Shown here: positions 25,830-37,394 of the stretch, in pieces
Layout: each line of letters starts with the position of its first letter
Position numbering within the stretch: the stretch's first letter is position 1
Source: Octopus sinensis
Taxonomy: Eukaryota
Length of the DNA stretch: 64,000 nt
Direction: 5' to 3'
Assembly (NCBI RefSeq): GCF_006345805.1
Contig: NC_042998.1
Coordinates: forward strand, 175,646,001 to 175,710,000
Position numbers and translations under genes: made by a program
The notes under the pieces: model-generated
What the model saw: only the letters and a program-made list of their open reading frames with translations
Told to the model about the DNA's origin: nothing
Databases searched by the model: none

Positions 25830-28102
25830 TATCTATACAATATGTTACATTACTCGGTAGTCAAGATAAAACTCTGAGTTTCAGATGCCGAAGTGGAAAT
25901 CCACAACACCATCTCTTCGGTTATCTGGCTATTTGAAAACGTTATGAAAAAATACCGTTAAAAATGAAGGGAAATTACTCTGTTATAACTCTGCTTTGCC
26001 TGCGTACTTATACATCGCTCGCATTTTTCGTCATAAAAATTATATAAAAATACATAAAAATATATAAAAATATATAAAAATATATAAAATCTTCTTGGGA
26101 CATAACACAGAAAGCATGTTCTATCCGTTTTCTTTAGGGGACCAAAAACGTAACAGAAATTTAGTCACATGTGGGCATGATCCGAAAAGCTCTGTCCTTG
26201 TATTTAGACATGTGGTAGGGTCTAAGCTGCTTTTCCAGATAAGCCATCTCTCCATGTCGCATAAACCGCACCTTCCGCTGCCATTAGTATAGGGCTTACA
26301 TCTGGCCAAAATCTTCCATTGTATGTTATAATCGACACCTTTATCTCTTAAAGACCAAATATGATTGGATAATTGTGTCGCTTTTCTTTTGTTCCAGTGC
26401 CTAAAGCTCAAAGTGTGGTTATTGAACCTGGCCTTGAAATTACCCTCTGTCAGGCCCACGTATTTCTTCGTCGAAACGGTGTCTTTAGTGGTTATAGAGT
26501 TTACGGTAGCTTCATATATGATGGTCTTGGACATGCAAGCTCCATTTAGCGGGCACAATTCTTTATTCCTGCATGAACAGCTGTTTTCTTCTTGTGTTTT
26601 TTGTATGTTATGATTGATTATGTTTTTAAAATTGGTAGTTGAACTAAAACTAATTTTTAAATTGTGTCTATTAAAGAGTTTCCTATAAGCATGGTTAACT
26701 GGAAAATGTCTATCTATCAGTGCTAGGAAATATTTACCTATATTGAAGGCCACCTCGGGTGAGTAAGGGGGCGTAAACCAGATGACCTTCCTATTTCTAT
26801 TATTCCTTTTCCTTATTGTTGGGCTGGTGATAGGTGTATATTTTATTTTTTCGCTAAAACCACTATCTTTTAAAGCTTTATTATAAACTGGGGCAACGCT
26901 ATTGAAGATGTCCTCATTAGATGAGAGGCTAGAAATCCTCTTACTAATATTTTTAACTAAATTTTTGAATACTATAGGGGGATGGCATGAACCTATATTA
27001 ATATAACTTAGTCTATCATTGGGCTTCCTATAAGGCTTATAAATATTATTATTAAGATCTAAGGAAACGTCTAAGAAATTGACAACCGTCAGGTTAGTGT
27101 CTATAGTTATACTAAGTCCGAAGTGTTTCATTAACTGGATAATATCCTTCCTAAAACGATCTTGTGCTGGTCCATTTGTATTAGCTGTTAAGGCGAGGGC
27201 ATCATCTTTGTAGATGGCGAAATGTACGTTAGGGAATGTCTTACCGAAGGTATCTAGGAGAAAGAGTCCAATTAGATCACAGATGCCTGCCCCATCATAT
27301 GAACCCATGCTCACATCGAAAGCGCCCTCCGTGTCGGTGTTTTTTACCCACTTTGCATTCTCACTGAAAAGTAATGTCTTTCTAGCATGGAAGATTATAT
27401 CCTTATCATTGGTACTAATTTCTATGAAGTCACTAGCGAAGATTAGGGCTTTATCTAGCAGTTCTTTAGAGATAGAGGCATAAAAATCAACAATATCGAA
27501 TTGTGTAAACCTCGCTTTTTTCTTATTCTTAATAGCTTTAAACCAGTCTACGACTTCTATACTATTGGACCATTGCACTAGCCTAGTATCGGTCTTAATT
27601 TTCGTATTTATTTTATCTAAAATTTCTTTGCTAATAATCCCTAGTTCTGACTTGGCTGGGTTGATAAGCCTACATTTAGGGTTGGAAAGGAAGTTTTCTT
27701 TGTGGTCTTTAATAGTAATAAAGGCCTCTTTTAGGGGGAGGGTTTCTATTTTTTATCTAATTTAAGTTTAGCGGCGATGACGCTAGCTTCTTTATTAATT
27801 TCGTTATATGTCTGTGCCCTAGCCTTAGTATAATTATTAATGATGCTGTTGTGTAAGAGTTGTGTGTATTTGCTGTTATCTACCAGGTATAAGTTCTTGG
27901 TTTTATCCGAAAAAAGTGCTTTTTTCTTGGAGCTTTTTATATGATCAATATCTTTTTTCAATTTATGTTGGAAATTGTTAAAAGACTTACGAAACTTTAT
28001 TTTGCTCATGATCTTCAGCAGGTCCGTTTCGAAATCTTCCAAGCCTTTAATCCTAGGAGGGAATTTTTTGGATTTTATCCGATAGCAAATGTTTTCCTTG
28101 GT
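25830..28102 (-). mobile_element. Penelope-like element (RT plus C-terminal GIY-YIG), left/longer copy
   Basis: ORF 26121-27578 plus upstream frame 27746-28102 (one frameshift in an A6 run near 27750). FDIVDFY, MGSYDGA, YKDD, CSCRNKELC, IIYEA..YVGLT (GIY-YIG). Confidence 0.92.
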
Positions 28103-29850
28103 GTTTACACAATTCGATATTGTTGATTTTTATGCCTCTATCTCTAAAGAACTGCTAGATAAAGCCCTAATCTTCGCTAGTGACTTCATAGAAATTAGTA
28201 CCAATGATAAGGATATAATCTTCCATGCTAGAAAGACATTACTTTTCAGTGAGAATGCAAAGTGGGTAAAAAACACCGACACGGAGGGCGCTTTCGATGT
28301 GAGCATGGGTTCATATGATGGGGCAGGCATCTGTGATCTAATTGGACTCTTTCTCCTAGATACCTTCGGTAAGACATTCCCTAACGTACATTTCGCCATC
28401 TACAAAGATGATGCCCTCGCCTTAACAGCTAATACAAATGGACCAGCACAAGATCGTTTTAGGAAGGATATTATCCAGTTAATGAAACACTTCGGACTTA
28501 GTATAACTATAGACACTAACCTGACGGTTGTCAATTTCTTAGACGTTTCCTTAGATCTTAATAATAATATTTATAAGCCTTATAGGAAGCCCAATGATAG
28601 ACTAAGTTATATTAATATAGGTTCATGCCATCCCCCTATAGTATTCAAAAATTTAGTTAAAAATATTAGTAAGAGGATTTCTAGCCTCTCATCTAATGAG
28701 GACATCTTCAATAGCGTTGCCCCAGTTTATAATAAAGCTTTAAAAGATAGTGGTTTTAGCGAAAAAATAAAATATACACCTATCACCAGCCCAACAATAA
28801 GGAAAAGGAATAATAGAAATAGGAAGGTCATCTGGTTTACGCCCCCTTACTCACCCGAGGTGGCCTTCAATATAGGTAAATATTTCCTAGCACTGATAGA
28901 TAGACATTTTCCAGTTAACCATGCTTATAGGAAACTCTTTAATAGACACAATTTAAAAATTAGTTTTAGTTCAACTACCAATTTTAAAAACATAATCAAT
29001 CATAACATACAAAAAACACAAGAAGAAAACAGCTGTTCATGCAGGAATAAAGAATTGTGCCCGCTAAATGGAGCTTGCATGTCCAAGACCATCATATATG
29101 AAGCTACCGTAAACTCTATAACCACTAAAGACACCGTTTCGACGAAGAAATACGTGGGCCTGACAGAGGGTAATTTCAAGGCCAGGTTCAATAACCACAC
29201 TTTGAGCTTTAGGCACTGGAACAAAAGAAAAGCGACACAATTATCCAATCATATTTGGTCTTTAAGAGATAAAGGTGTCGATTATAACATACAATGGAAG
29301 ATTTTGGCCAGATGTAAGCCCTATACTAACGGCAGCGGAAGGTGCGGTTTATGCGACATGGAGAGATGGCTTATCTGGAAAAGCAGCTTAGACCCTACCA
29401 CATGTCTAAATACAAGGACAGAGCTTTTCGGATCATGCCCACATGTGACTAAATTTCTGTTACGTTTTTGGTCCCCTAAAGAAAACGGATAGAACATGCT
29501 TTCTGTGTTATGTCCCAAGAAGATTTTATATATTTTTATATATTTTTATATATTTTTATGTATTTTTATATAATTTTTATGACGAAAAATGCGAGCGATG
29601 TATAAGTACGCAGGCAAAGCAGAGTTATAACAGAGTAATTTCCCTTCATTTTTAACGGTATTTTTTCATAACGTTTTCAAATAGCCAGATAACCGAAGAG
29701 ATGGTGTTGTGGATTTCCACTTCGGCATCTGAAACTCAGAGTTTTATCTTGACTACCGAGTAATGTAACATATTGTATAGATAAATTTCCTCTATTTACA
29801 TAATATTGAGGTCTCTTTCTTTCTTTTGTTATCTTACCGTTTTATCAATA
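28103..29850 (+). mobile_element. Inverted 5'-truncated copy of the same Penelope-like element
   Basis: 28103-29783 is the reverse complement of 25830-27510 wherever I compared; the translated products are identical from FTQFDIVDF to the stop. It extends ~65 nt further 3' into (TA)n. Confidence 0.92.
29687..29749 (+). ncRNA. Hammerhead-like motif in PLE 3' end (mirror copy 25864-25926, - strand)
   Basis: AGATAA-CCGAAGA-GATG..CATC-T-GAAA-CTCAGAG-TT-TTATCT. Stems I, II and III close, but the core is a U4C variant with an extra U before GAAA. Confidence 0.45.
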
Positions 29851-29916
29851 TATATATGTATATATATATTTGTAAAAAAGAAGTTTGAAAACGCCACTAT
29901 ATTAGATAAATTTTAA

Positions 29917-29959
29917 TTTTACATGTTTCGGTTCTTGAAAAAACGAACCTTATCAAAAA
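29917..29959 (-). ncRNA. Minimal type I hammerhead ribozyme, U3-A8 core variant
   Basis: UUU-UUGAUAA-GGUUC(guuuuuucaa)GAACC-GAA-ACAUGU-A-AAA: 5-bp stem II, palindromic stem III, GUA cleavage triplet. Confidence 0.7.
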
Positions 29960-30532
29960 AAAATTATTATAAAAAGTATAATGGAACAGTTCATAATTGT
30001 TACATACATTCAATAGAATCCATGCTATATACATTCAATAGAATCCATGTTCTTGAAAAGACGAACCTTATCAAATATATTATAAAGAGTATAATAAAAA
30101 AATCCATAGTCGTTCCTTACTGTTTTGTCGAGTGTAGTGGAGAAGTTTATTACAGATTTTACCTTGTGTTCCAATGTAGTGATTCTTGGTCGTCGTCTGT
30201 TGGTCGTAATTTTGGTAACCTTGGTGGTGGTTGGGGTTATATCAGCTAAGCTGTGGCTGTGACAGCAGCAGTAGCCGTAGTAAAGGGCTGTTGATTGTGG
30301 TAACAACAGTGGTCGGTTCTCTGGCACTGTTCACTGACGTCATATAATTCCAAACCAATCAAAACCAAGCTTCAACGAATATAAGGAAAAGACCCATAAC
30401 TGTATCCTGTTAGGAAACCAACCAAGCAGAACGACAAGCTTGAGCACGGAAGAAAAACGTCATCAATTTTTTAACGCATCAAAATCAGATCTGACCCATA
30501 ACTGTATCCTGTAAGGTGGCTAACCAAGCAGA

Positions 30533-32360
30533 ACTTTGAACTCCCAACTCGCATAAACAAAGATCTTATAATAGAAGGACTTAGATTTATTTTAGAAAAC
30601 AATTACGTTATTTTTTACAATAATTTCTACAGACAAAGATCGGGAACAGCGATGGGCACGCGTACTGCGCCTTCTTTTGCCAAACTAGTGATGGGATACC
30701 TCGAGAAAATACTCTACCAGATAACACTCGAGAAATATGGAAACACCTTCTCCACCTATATCCAGAACAACTGGAAAAGATACCTCGACGACTGTTTTAT
30801 CCTCTGGAATAAAAGTATAGAGAAACTTGAGGAATTTAAAATACTATTAAATGGAATAAATGATAATATACAATTCACGATGGATCATAACGAAGAAGAA
30901 TTACCATTTTTAGACATCCTCATTAAGAAAACCGGCAACAAAATAGAGACAGATATCTATTATAAACCGACAGACTCCAAACAGTACCTACCCTTTGATT
31001 CATGCCACCCACGACACACTAGAATAAATGTCCCTTTTTGTTTAGCTAGAAGGATTTGCATCATAATATCAGACACAAACACCCGACACACACGTCTCCA
31101 GGAACTTAGAACCACACTCAGAAATAGAAACTATCCACAGCCCCTAATAGACAGTACAATCCAACGGGCACTTAAATTAAGTATAGAAGACCTGAGACAA
31201 ACAAAACCAAAAAAGAAAGAACAATTAAAAACCCTTCCCTACATCTCTACACAGAACCCACTTAACAATGAGGCCTTCAGCACCATACTACAAAGCACAT
31301 CCCTACTAAAGGGAGACCCAAAGATGAACCGGATCCTCGAAACACACACCATCATTAAAAGTAAACGGCAACCAAAATCCTTGAAAAGAATTTTAACGCA
31401 AACTAAACTGCACTCAACATCAACCACAAAACCAGCAGTTAGAAAATGTGGAAGGCCCAACTGCGGAATCTGTGTCATCTTGGTAGAAGGTTCAGAATTT
31501 ATACTAGAACAAGGCCATCAGTTCACCATTAGAACAAACTTCACCTGTGCATCAGAAAACTTAATTTACGTCTTAGCATGCGCAGGCAGCAATAAGCAAT
31601 ATATAGGCCATACAAAAAATAGCTTACGTAAAAGGATGGTGGTGCATAAATCACAAATTAGAAACCCTGAATACCGGAAAATACCGGTCAGCGGACACAT
31701 AGATAGATGTGCTGCAAATGAAAATCCGAAATTTACAACTTACCCACTTTACAAATTCAGTGACAGCGTAACCTTCACTCAACGCCAAAATAAAGAACTT
31801 TATTTCATCAAAAAATTTAGACCAAGTTTGAACACCCTGGGCCAGGAATATTAAAACAAAACATTGGTCTTCCGAAAAAAAAAGAACGAAATTCTACCAC
31901 AGCCACTACGACTGCAACCATCGTGGTCACTACCATTACTGCAACGATCAACAGCCCCCTACTGCTACTACTGCTGCTACGGCCACAGTGAGAGAATTAA
32001 AATAGTGGAGGTGGGGGAATTACAATTTCTCAGATCCTTAAACAGTCACTCCCGCTAGCAGTGGTAAGTCTTAGGGAAGGATGAATTTATAAAAAGATTT
32101 TTTCTTTGCGTGCAGATCTGATTTTGATTCGTCAAAAAATTGATGACGTTTTACCTCCGTGGTCAAACTTGTCGTCCTGCTTGGTTGGTTTCCTTACAAG
32201 ATACAGTTATGGGTCAGATCTGATTTTGATTCGTTAAAAAATTGATGACGTTTTTCTTCCGTGGTCAAACTTGTCGTTCTGCTTGGTTAGCCACCTTACA
32301 GGATACAGTTATGGGTCAGATCTGATTTTGATTCGTTAAAAAATTGATGACGTTTTTCTT
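30533..32360 (+). mobile_element. 5'-truncated Neptune-type Penelope-like element (RT, Cys-rich linker, GIY-YIG)
   Basis: ORF 30652-31854 (in frame from ~30540): GTAMGTRTAPSFA, RYLDD, LPFLD, YYKPTD, SCHP, CGRPNCGIC, LIYVLAC..YIGHT, with the His residues of the CCHH motif. Confidence 0.9.
32113..32360. repeat. 102-bp tandem repeat (~2.4 copies) in PLE 3' end
   Basis: CAGATCTGATTTTGATTCG at 32113, 32215 and 32317; an inverted copy lies at ~30380-30532. Confidence 0.9.
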
Positions 32361-32433
32361 ACGTATGGAAGTATTTATGCATGTATGTATGTATGCATTT
32401 ATGAATGTATATATATATATGCATGTATGTATA

Positions 32434-32469
<36 letters not shown>

Positions 32470-32470
32470 A

Positions 32471-32542
<72 letters not shown>

Positions 32543-32571
32543 TATACACAGGCATGTATATGTACATATAT

Positions 32572-32608
<37 letters not shown>

Positions 32609-32639
32609 CATATATACATATATATATACATACATACAA

Positions 32640-32686
<47 letters not shown>

Positions 32687-32782
32687 TATGTATGTATGTA
32701 TGTATGTATGTATATATGTATGTATGTATGTATATAAAGTAAGAAATGGGGTTAAATGCAGGTGTTATTCAAATCTTTATAC

Positions 32783-32868
32783 TTCCGACATATGTTTCGA
32801 AGAAAACATTGATATTATTCCGGAGGGAATAAAATGATGTAAAACAATACAATCATCTCGTCAGGGGA
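32783..32868 (-). ncRNA. Hammerhead-like motif with enlarged branched stem II
   Basis: CC-CUGACGA-GA..(~55 nt)..UC-GAA-ACAUAUGU-C-GG: canonical core, 8-nt palindromic stem III, GUC triplet. Confidence 0.5.
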
Positions 32869-32914
32869 AAAAAAGAAACAAAACACATCAATAAGCCATT
32901 TTAACTGAATGTGG

Positions 32915-35130
32915 CTACCACACATATGATTGGCGTCTACGCCAATTGGTAGCAGAATGGGAGAATTCCCAAGTCTGCGAGCCGGGGGTGGTGACGTTGA
33001 TCAGGAAGGACCAGAGCAAGGGGAACGAGATGGGGAACTTCAGGCCCATAACTCTGCTGAACACAGAGTTACAGATTTTGGCCAAGGTGCTAGCAAAAAG
33101 GTTGGCGCGGGTCGTGGACAAACTTGGGGAAGCGCAAACCTGCGCTATCCCGGACAGGACGATCCACGACAATCTCCAACTTATACGCTACTCCTTTGAG
33201 AGGGTGGGGAAGCTTTCTGGCACGGTGGGGGGCGCTGGTACATTTAGACCAGTCTAAGGCATTCGATAGGGTCGACCATCGGTACTTGGCGGCGGTCCTC
33301 GAGAAGGCTGACCTGGGCCCGATCTTCCGTGGTTGGATTGCTGCGTTGTACAGCGACATCGAGTCCGTCGTAAAAGTGAATGGTTTCCTTTCGAAGCCAT
33401 TCAGGATCGAGCGCTCAGTGCGTCAGGGGTGTCTCCTGTCCCCGCTCTTGTATGTACTGGCTCTCGAGCCATTATTGCGGAAGTTGGAGGCACTAGGGGG
33501 CGCACCGCATGATCTATGGTGTGGAAGAGGAGCTACGGCGTATGCGGATGACATCTCCATCATCGTGGCGGATGAGGGCCAGCTTCCAGTGGTGGAAGAG
33601 GCTATCAAAAGTTACGAGGCGGTAGCAGGAGCAAAGGTTAACAAGGACAAGTAAATTGGTTTGCAGCTCGGCACCTGGAGGGGCAAGCCGATGCCGTCCA
33701 ATAACGTCGTGGGGCGTTGGACGGAAGGTCCTGTTAAGCTTCTCGGAGTCTGGTTCGGGCCAGACCTCCGGATCGAGAAAAATTGGAGGGAGGTGGCCAG
33801 CAAGGTGAGTGCTCTAACCCAGACCTGGTCTGGGCGGGCGTTATCCTTGCTAGGAAAGGCGGAGGTGGTGCAGATGATTATGGCATCGGTTATCACCTAC
33901 CGTCTGACCGTGGTGCCTTGCCCCGATTTGTGGCTGAACAAGTTGGAGAGAATCCTTTTCCGCTTTTTGTGGAAAGGAGGAAAGCCACTCGTGAAGCGCT
34001 CTGTCTGCTGCCAGAAACCGCTAAAGGGTGGGCTAAGGATGCGAAAATTCGCGTTAAGGTTGAAGCACCTCTGGCTTTACCTGGATGGAGAGCAGGTGTG
34101 GTCACCACACGTTCGGTTCTACCTCCCGCAATTAACGACCTTAACGGACATAGGTAATTGGATCAAGCAGAGACCTAGGCTGAGGGACTGGCAATTGGAG
34201 TGCCACCAGGCACCTCAGCTACTCTTTCGGGCGGCCAATGCCGGCAATAGGAGTTCCACCGCGGATTTCTATAGTGGGTTAGTGGAGGTTAAGTCCGAAG
34301 ATGCCTTGGGGGAGACCCTGGGCTATGATGAAAATCAGTTGATTAACCTGTTCCGGAGAACTTTCGGGCCGGGGTATATGGACAATTACCAGAAATCTCT
34401 GGCTTGGCAGTGCTTCCGTGCGGCGTTACCCGTTCGTGATAAACTGTCAAGGCACGAAAGTGCCGTCTCGCCGACATGTCCGAGGTGCGGGTAGGACAGG
34501 GAAACCGTCTTGCACGCATTTGTGGAGTGTCCGGAATGAACGAGACTGATAGTTTTCGCAGAGCAACTGTTGTCATCGATGGGAAGAGGATAGCTATCAG
34601 CTGAATCTATCATCGAGATTGTGCCGACTCCTTCCCTTAACAGGGAAAGGAAGGCTTGCTTTTTCTGCGTAGCAGCCATACTGAAAGAAACAGCATGGAA
34701 GACGCGTGTGAGAGGCATAGTGTCGGGCACCTTTCAATCCGGCCAGGGGTTGGTTAACTTTTTTAGTTACCACCTTAGTAATAAGATCAGGCTGGAGAAA
34801 AGGTACCTGTCACGAGACAGATTCATGAGAAGATGGAAGCCTGTGGCGAGGAAGCTGGGAGTGTTTGGCACCAGGTAAGTGGAAGCCAAAAGCAGGAAAG
34901 GAAAAGCAAGGGGTCTACCTTGGTGGTCGGATGCCTATCCTTCAGAGAAGCCATTACAAATCTCATTTGTAATGAGCAACGCTTAAGTCAAAAGTTATAA
35001 ACATATTTATTAAATTATTGTATTTTTAAATTGTAAATATTTTATCGCTACAGCTACTTCACTCTTTTATGTTTGTCTGTTCTTGTTCGTCCCCTCTTTG
35101 TAATGCCTTCATGGCAAATATTTATGAAAT
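32915..35130 (+). mobile_element. 5'-truncated L1/Tx1-clade LINE ORF2 (RT plus C-terminal Zn-knuckle), disrupted
   Basis: NFRPITLLN, LDQSKAFDRVDH, VRQGCLLSPLLY, AYADD, CPRCG..ETVLHAFVEC; stops and frameshifts; 3' UTR ending ..AAATAAAG. Confidence 0.9.
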
Positions 35131-35134
35131 AAAG

Positions 35135-35273
35135 TAGCTTGCTTACGAACCACATGGTTCTGGGTTCAGTCCCACTGCATGACACCTTGAGAAAGTGCTT
35201 TCTACTATAGCCTCGAACCGACCAAAACCTTGTGAGTGGATTTAGTAGACGGAAACTGAAAGAAGCCTGTCGT

Positions 35274-35368
<95 letters not shown>

Positions 35369-35781
35369 CATGTTTGTGTGTCTGTGTTCGTCCTCCCAAC
35401 GTCGCTTGACGACTGATGCTGGTGTGTTTACGTCCCCGTAAACTAGCGGTTCGGCAGAAGAGACCGATAGAATAAGTACTAGGCTTACAAAGAATAAGTC
35501 CTGGGGTTGATTTGCTCGACTAAAGGCAGTGCTCCAGCATGGCCACAGTCACATGACTAAAACAAGTAAAAGAGAGTAAAAGATATATATATATATATAT
35601 ATAATTATTAATAAATACATATATAATTATTAATAAATATATATATATAGTAGCTTGCTAACCAACCACATGGTTCCGGGTTCAGTCCCACTGCGTGGCA
35701 AGTGTCTTCTGCTATAGCCCCGGGCCGACCAATGCCTTGTGAGTGGATTTGGAAGACGGAAACTGAAAGAAGCCTGTCGTA

Positions 35782-35819
<38 letters not shown>

Positions 35820-36048
35820 TGTGTGTGTATATGTTTGTGTGTTTGTGTTTGTCCCCTAGCATTGCTTGACAACTGATGCTGGTGTGTTTACGTCCCCGTA
35901 AACTAGCGGTTCGGCAAAAGAGACCGATAGAATAAGTACTGGGCTTACAAAGAATAAGTCCCGGGGTCGATTTGCTCGACTAAAGGCGGTGCCCCAACAT
36001 GGCCGCAGTCAAATAACTGAAACAAGTGAAAGAGTAAAAGAGTAAAGA
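35135..36048 (+). mobile_element. Two head-to-tail copies of the composite tRNA-headed SINE
   Basis: Same head, microsatellite and tail order at ~35135-35582 and ~35650-36048. Confidence 0.8.
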
Positions 36049-36051
36049 GAG

Positions 36052-36085
<34 letters not shown>

Positions 36086-36297
36086 ATATATAGAGAGAGA
36101 GAGGGGGGAGTGAGAGAGGATAGAACTAAGGGACTTAACTTACACAGTGTTCTTTTTTCAAGTTTCACCGTATTACCTCCCCTAAGCTGGTCTACGTGAC
36201 TGCCATTATTAATATTGATAGTCACAGACGTACTGGTTTCTCTCCGACGTAACTAATCCAGATTTGTTGTTGGCGCCAACGCAGTCCGATTGTTAGA

Positions 36298-37056
36298 ATG
36301 GCGTTACTGATTCAAGAGGTCAGTAAAGCTGCTCGTAGGGCCTTTTCTGGCAGTCTGAAGGAGCCCCTGTTCCAGGAAAAGCTGAACGAACTTGTTAAAT
36401 TAATGAACCAAGTAAGAGGAAGGGATCTTAACTTTAACCCAGCTTTAACCGAAAGAAGCAAAAACAATAATGCTCCGGTCACATACATTCATATTTTTGA
36501 AGACGAAGTGTACAGTATGGGGATATTTGTCTTGAAAGAAAACAGCCGGATTCCTTTACATGACCACCCAGGTATGTTTGGAATAATTAAAGTCATCCAT
36601 GGAACTCTGTCTCTCGAATCATTTGATGAAGTACCCGTTTCTTCAGAACAACCTACCTCTTCCGCTTCCACTACAGCTACTAGCTTCAATAATGAATTTA
36701 AGAAATTTCTCAGAGATTACGACAGGACACCAAAACCATTTTTGGAGGTACCCAAAAAGAAAGCATCCGTGAACGATGATTGCTGTGTGTTGTCACCTAC
36801 AAAAGGTAACCTTCACGAAGTTCGACCCGATGGTGGACCCGCGGCCTTCCTTGATATCCTGGCTCCGCCCTACGATACGGACTCTGATAGGAGATGTAAT
36901 TATTACGAAATAACCAAGGGGCATTCGCCACCTAGACCACTCAGTCAACCAGAGGAGAGTTCTCAGAAAATATCATGGCTGGTTCAAATTCAACAGCCGC
37001 CTGACTTTTGGTGCGACGAGTCTGATTACAACGGCCCCGAAATACCTAGCCATTAA
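36298..37056 (+). CDS. ADO: 2-aminoethanethiol (cysteamine) dioxygenase, 252 aa, uninterrupted CDS
   Basis: APVTYIHIFE..SMGIFVLK..IPLHDHPGMFGIIKVIHG, GNLHEV, AAFLDILAPPYD..RRCNYY, FWC: PCO/ADO cupin motifs with three His iron ligands. Confidence 0.95.
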   Translation: MALLIQEVSKAARRAFSGSLKEPLFQEKLNELVKLMNQVRGRDLNFNPALTERSKNNNAPVTYIHIFEDEVYSMGIFVLKENSRIPLHDHPGMFGIIKVIHGTLSLESFDEVPVSSEQPTSSASTTATSFNNEFKKFLRDYDRTPKPFLEVPKKKASVNDDCCVLSPTKGNLHEVRPDGGPAAFLDILAPPYDTDSDRRCNYYEITKGHSPPRPLSQPEESSQKISWLVQIQQPPDFWCDESDYNGPEIPSH

Positions 37057-37346
37057 GGGGCCTCCAACGTATCACTTATTAATGTTGTCTTTCCCCTTTC
37101 CAACATTCATGTATTGTTTGTCTGACAATGGTACATGAACACCCTTCCTCACATCACATTTATAGATGATGTATTTTATTAAGGTTAAGGAATTTCCTCT
37201 TGTTGGGGTTTTGCTTTACACAGTTTATGTTTTTGTTGTGTTTTGCTATTCTAATAACAATGAATGCAAAACATTTTGGTGCTTATGAAATGACATTAGT
37301 AAATAACAGTATGACATGTCAGAAACAGTTACTACCATACACATAC

Positions 37347-37394
<48 letters not shown>

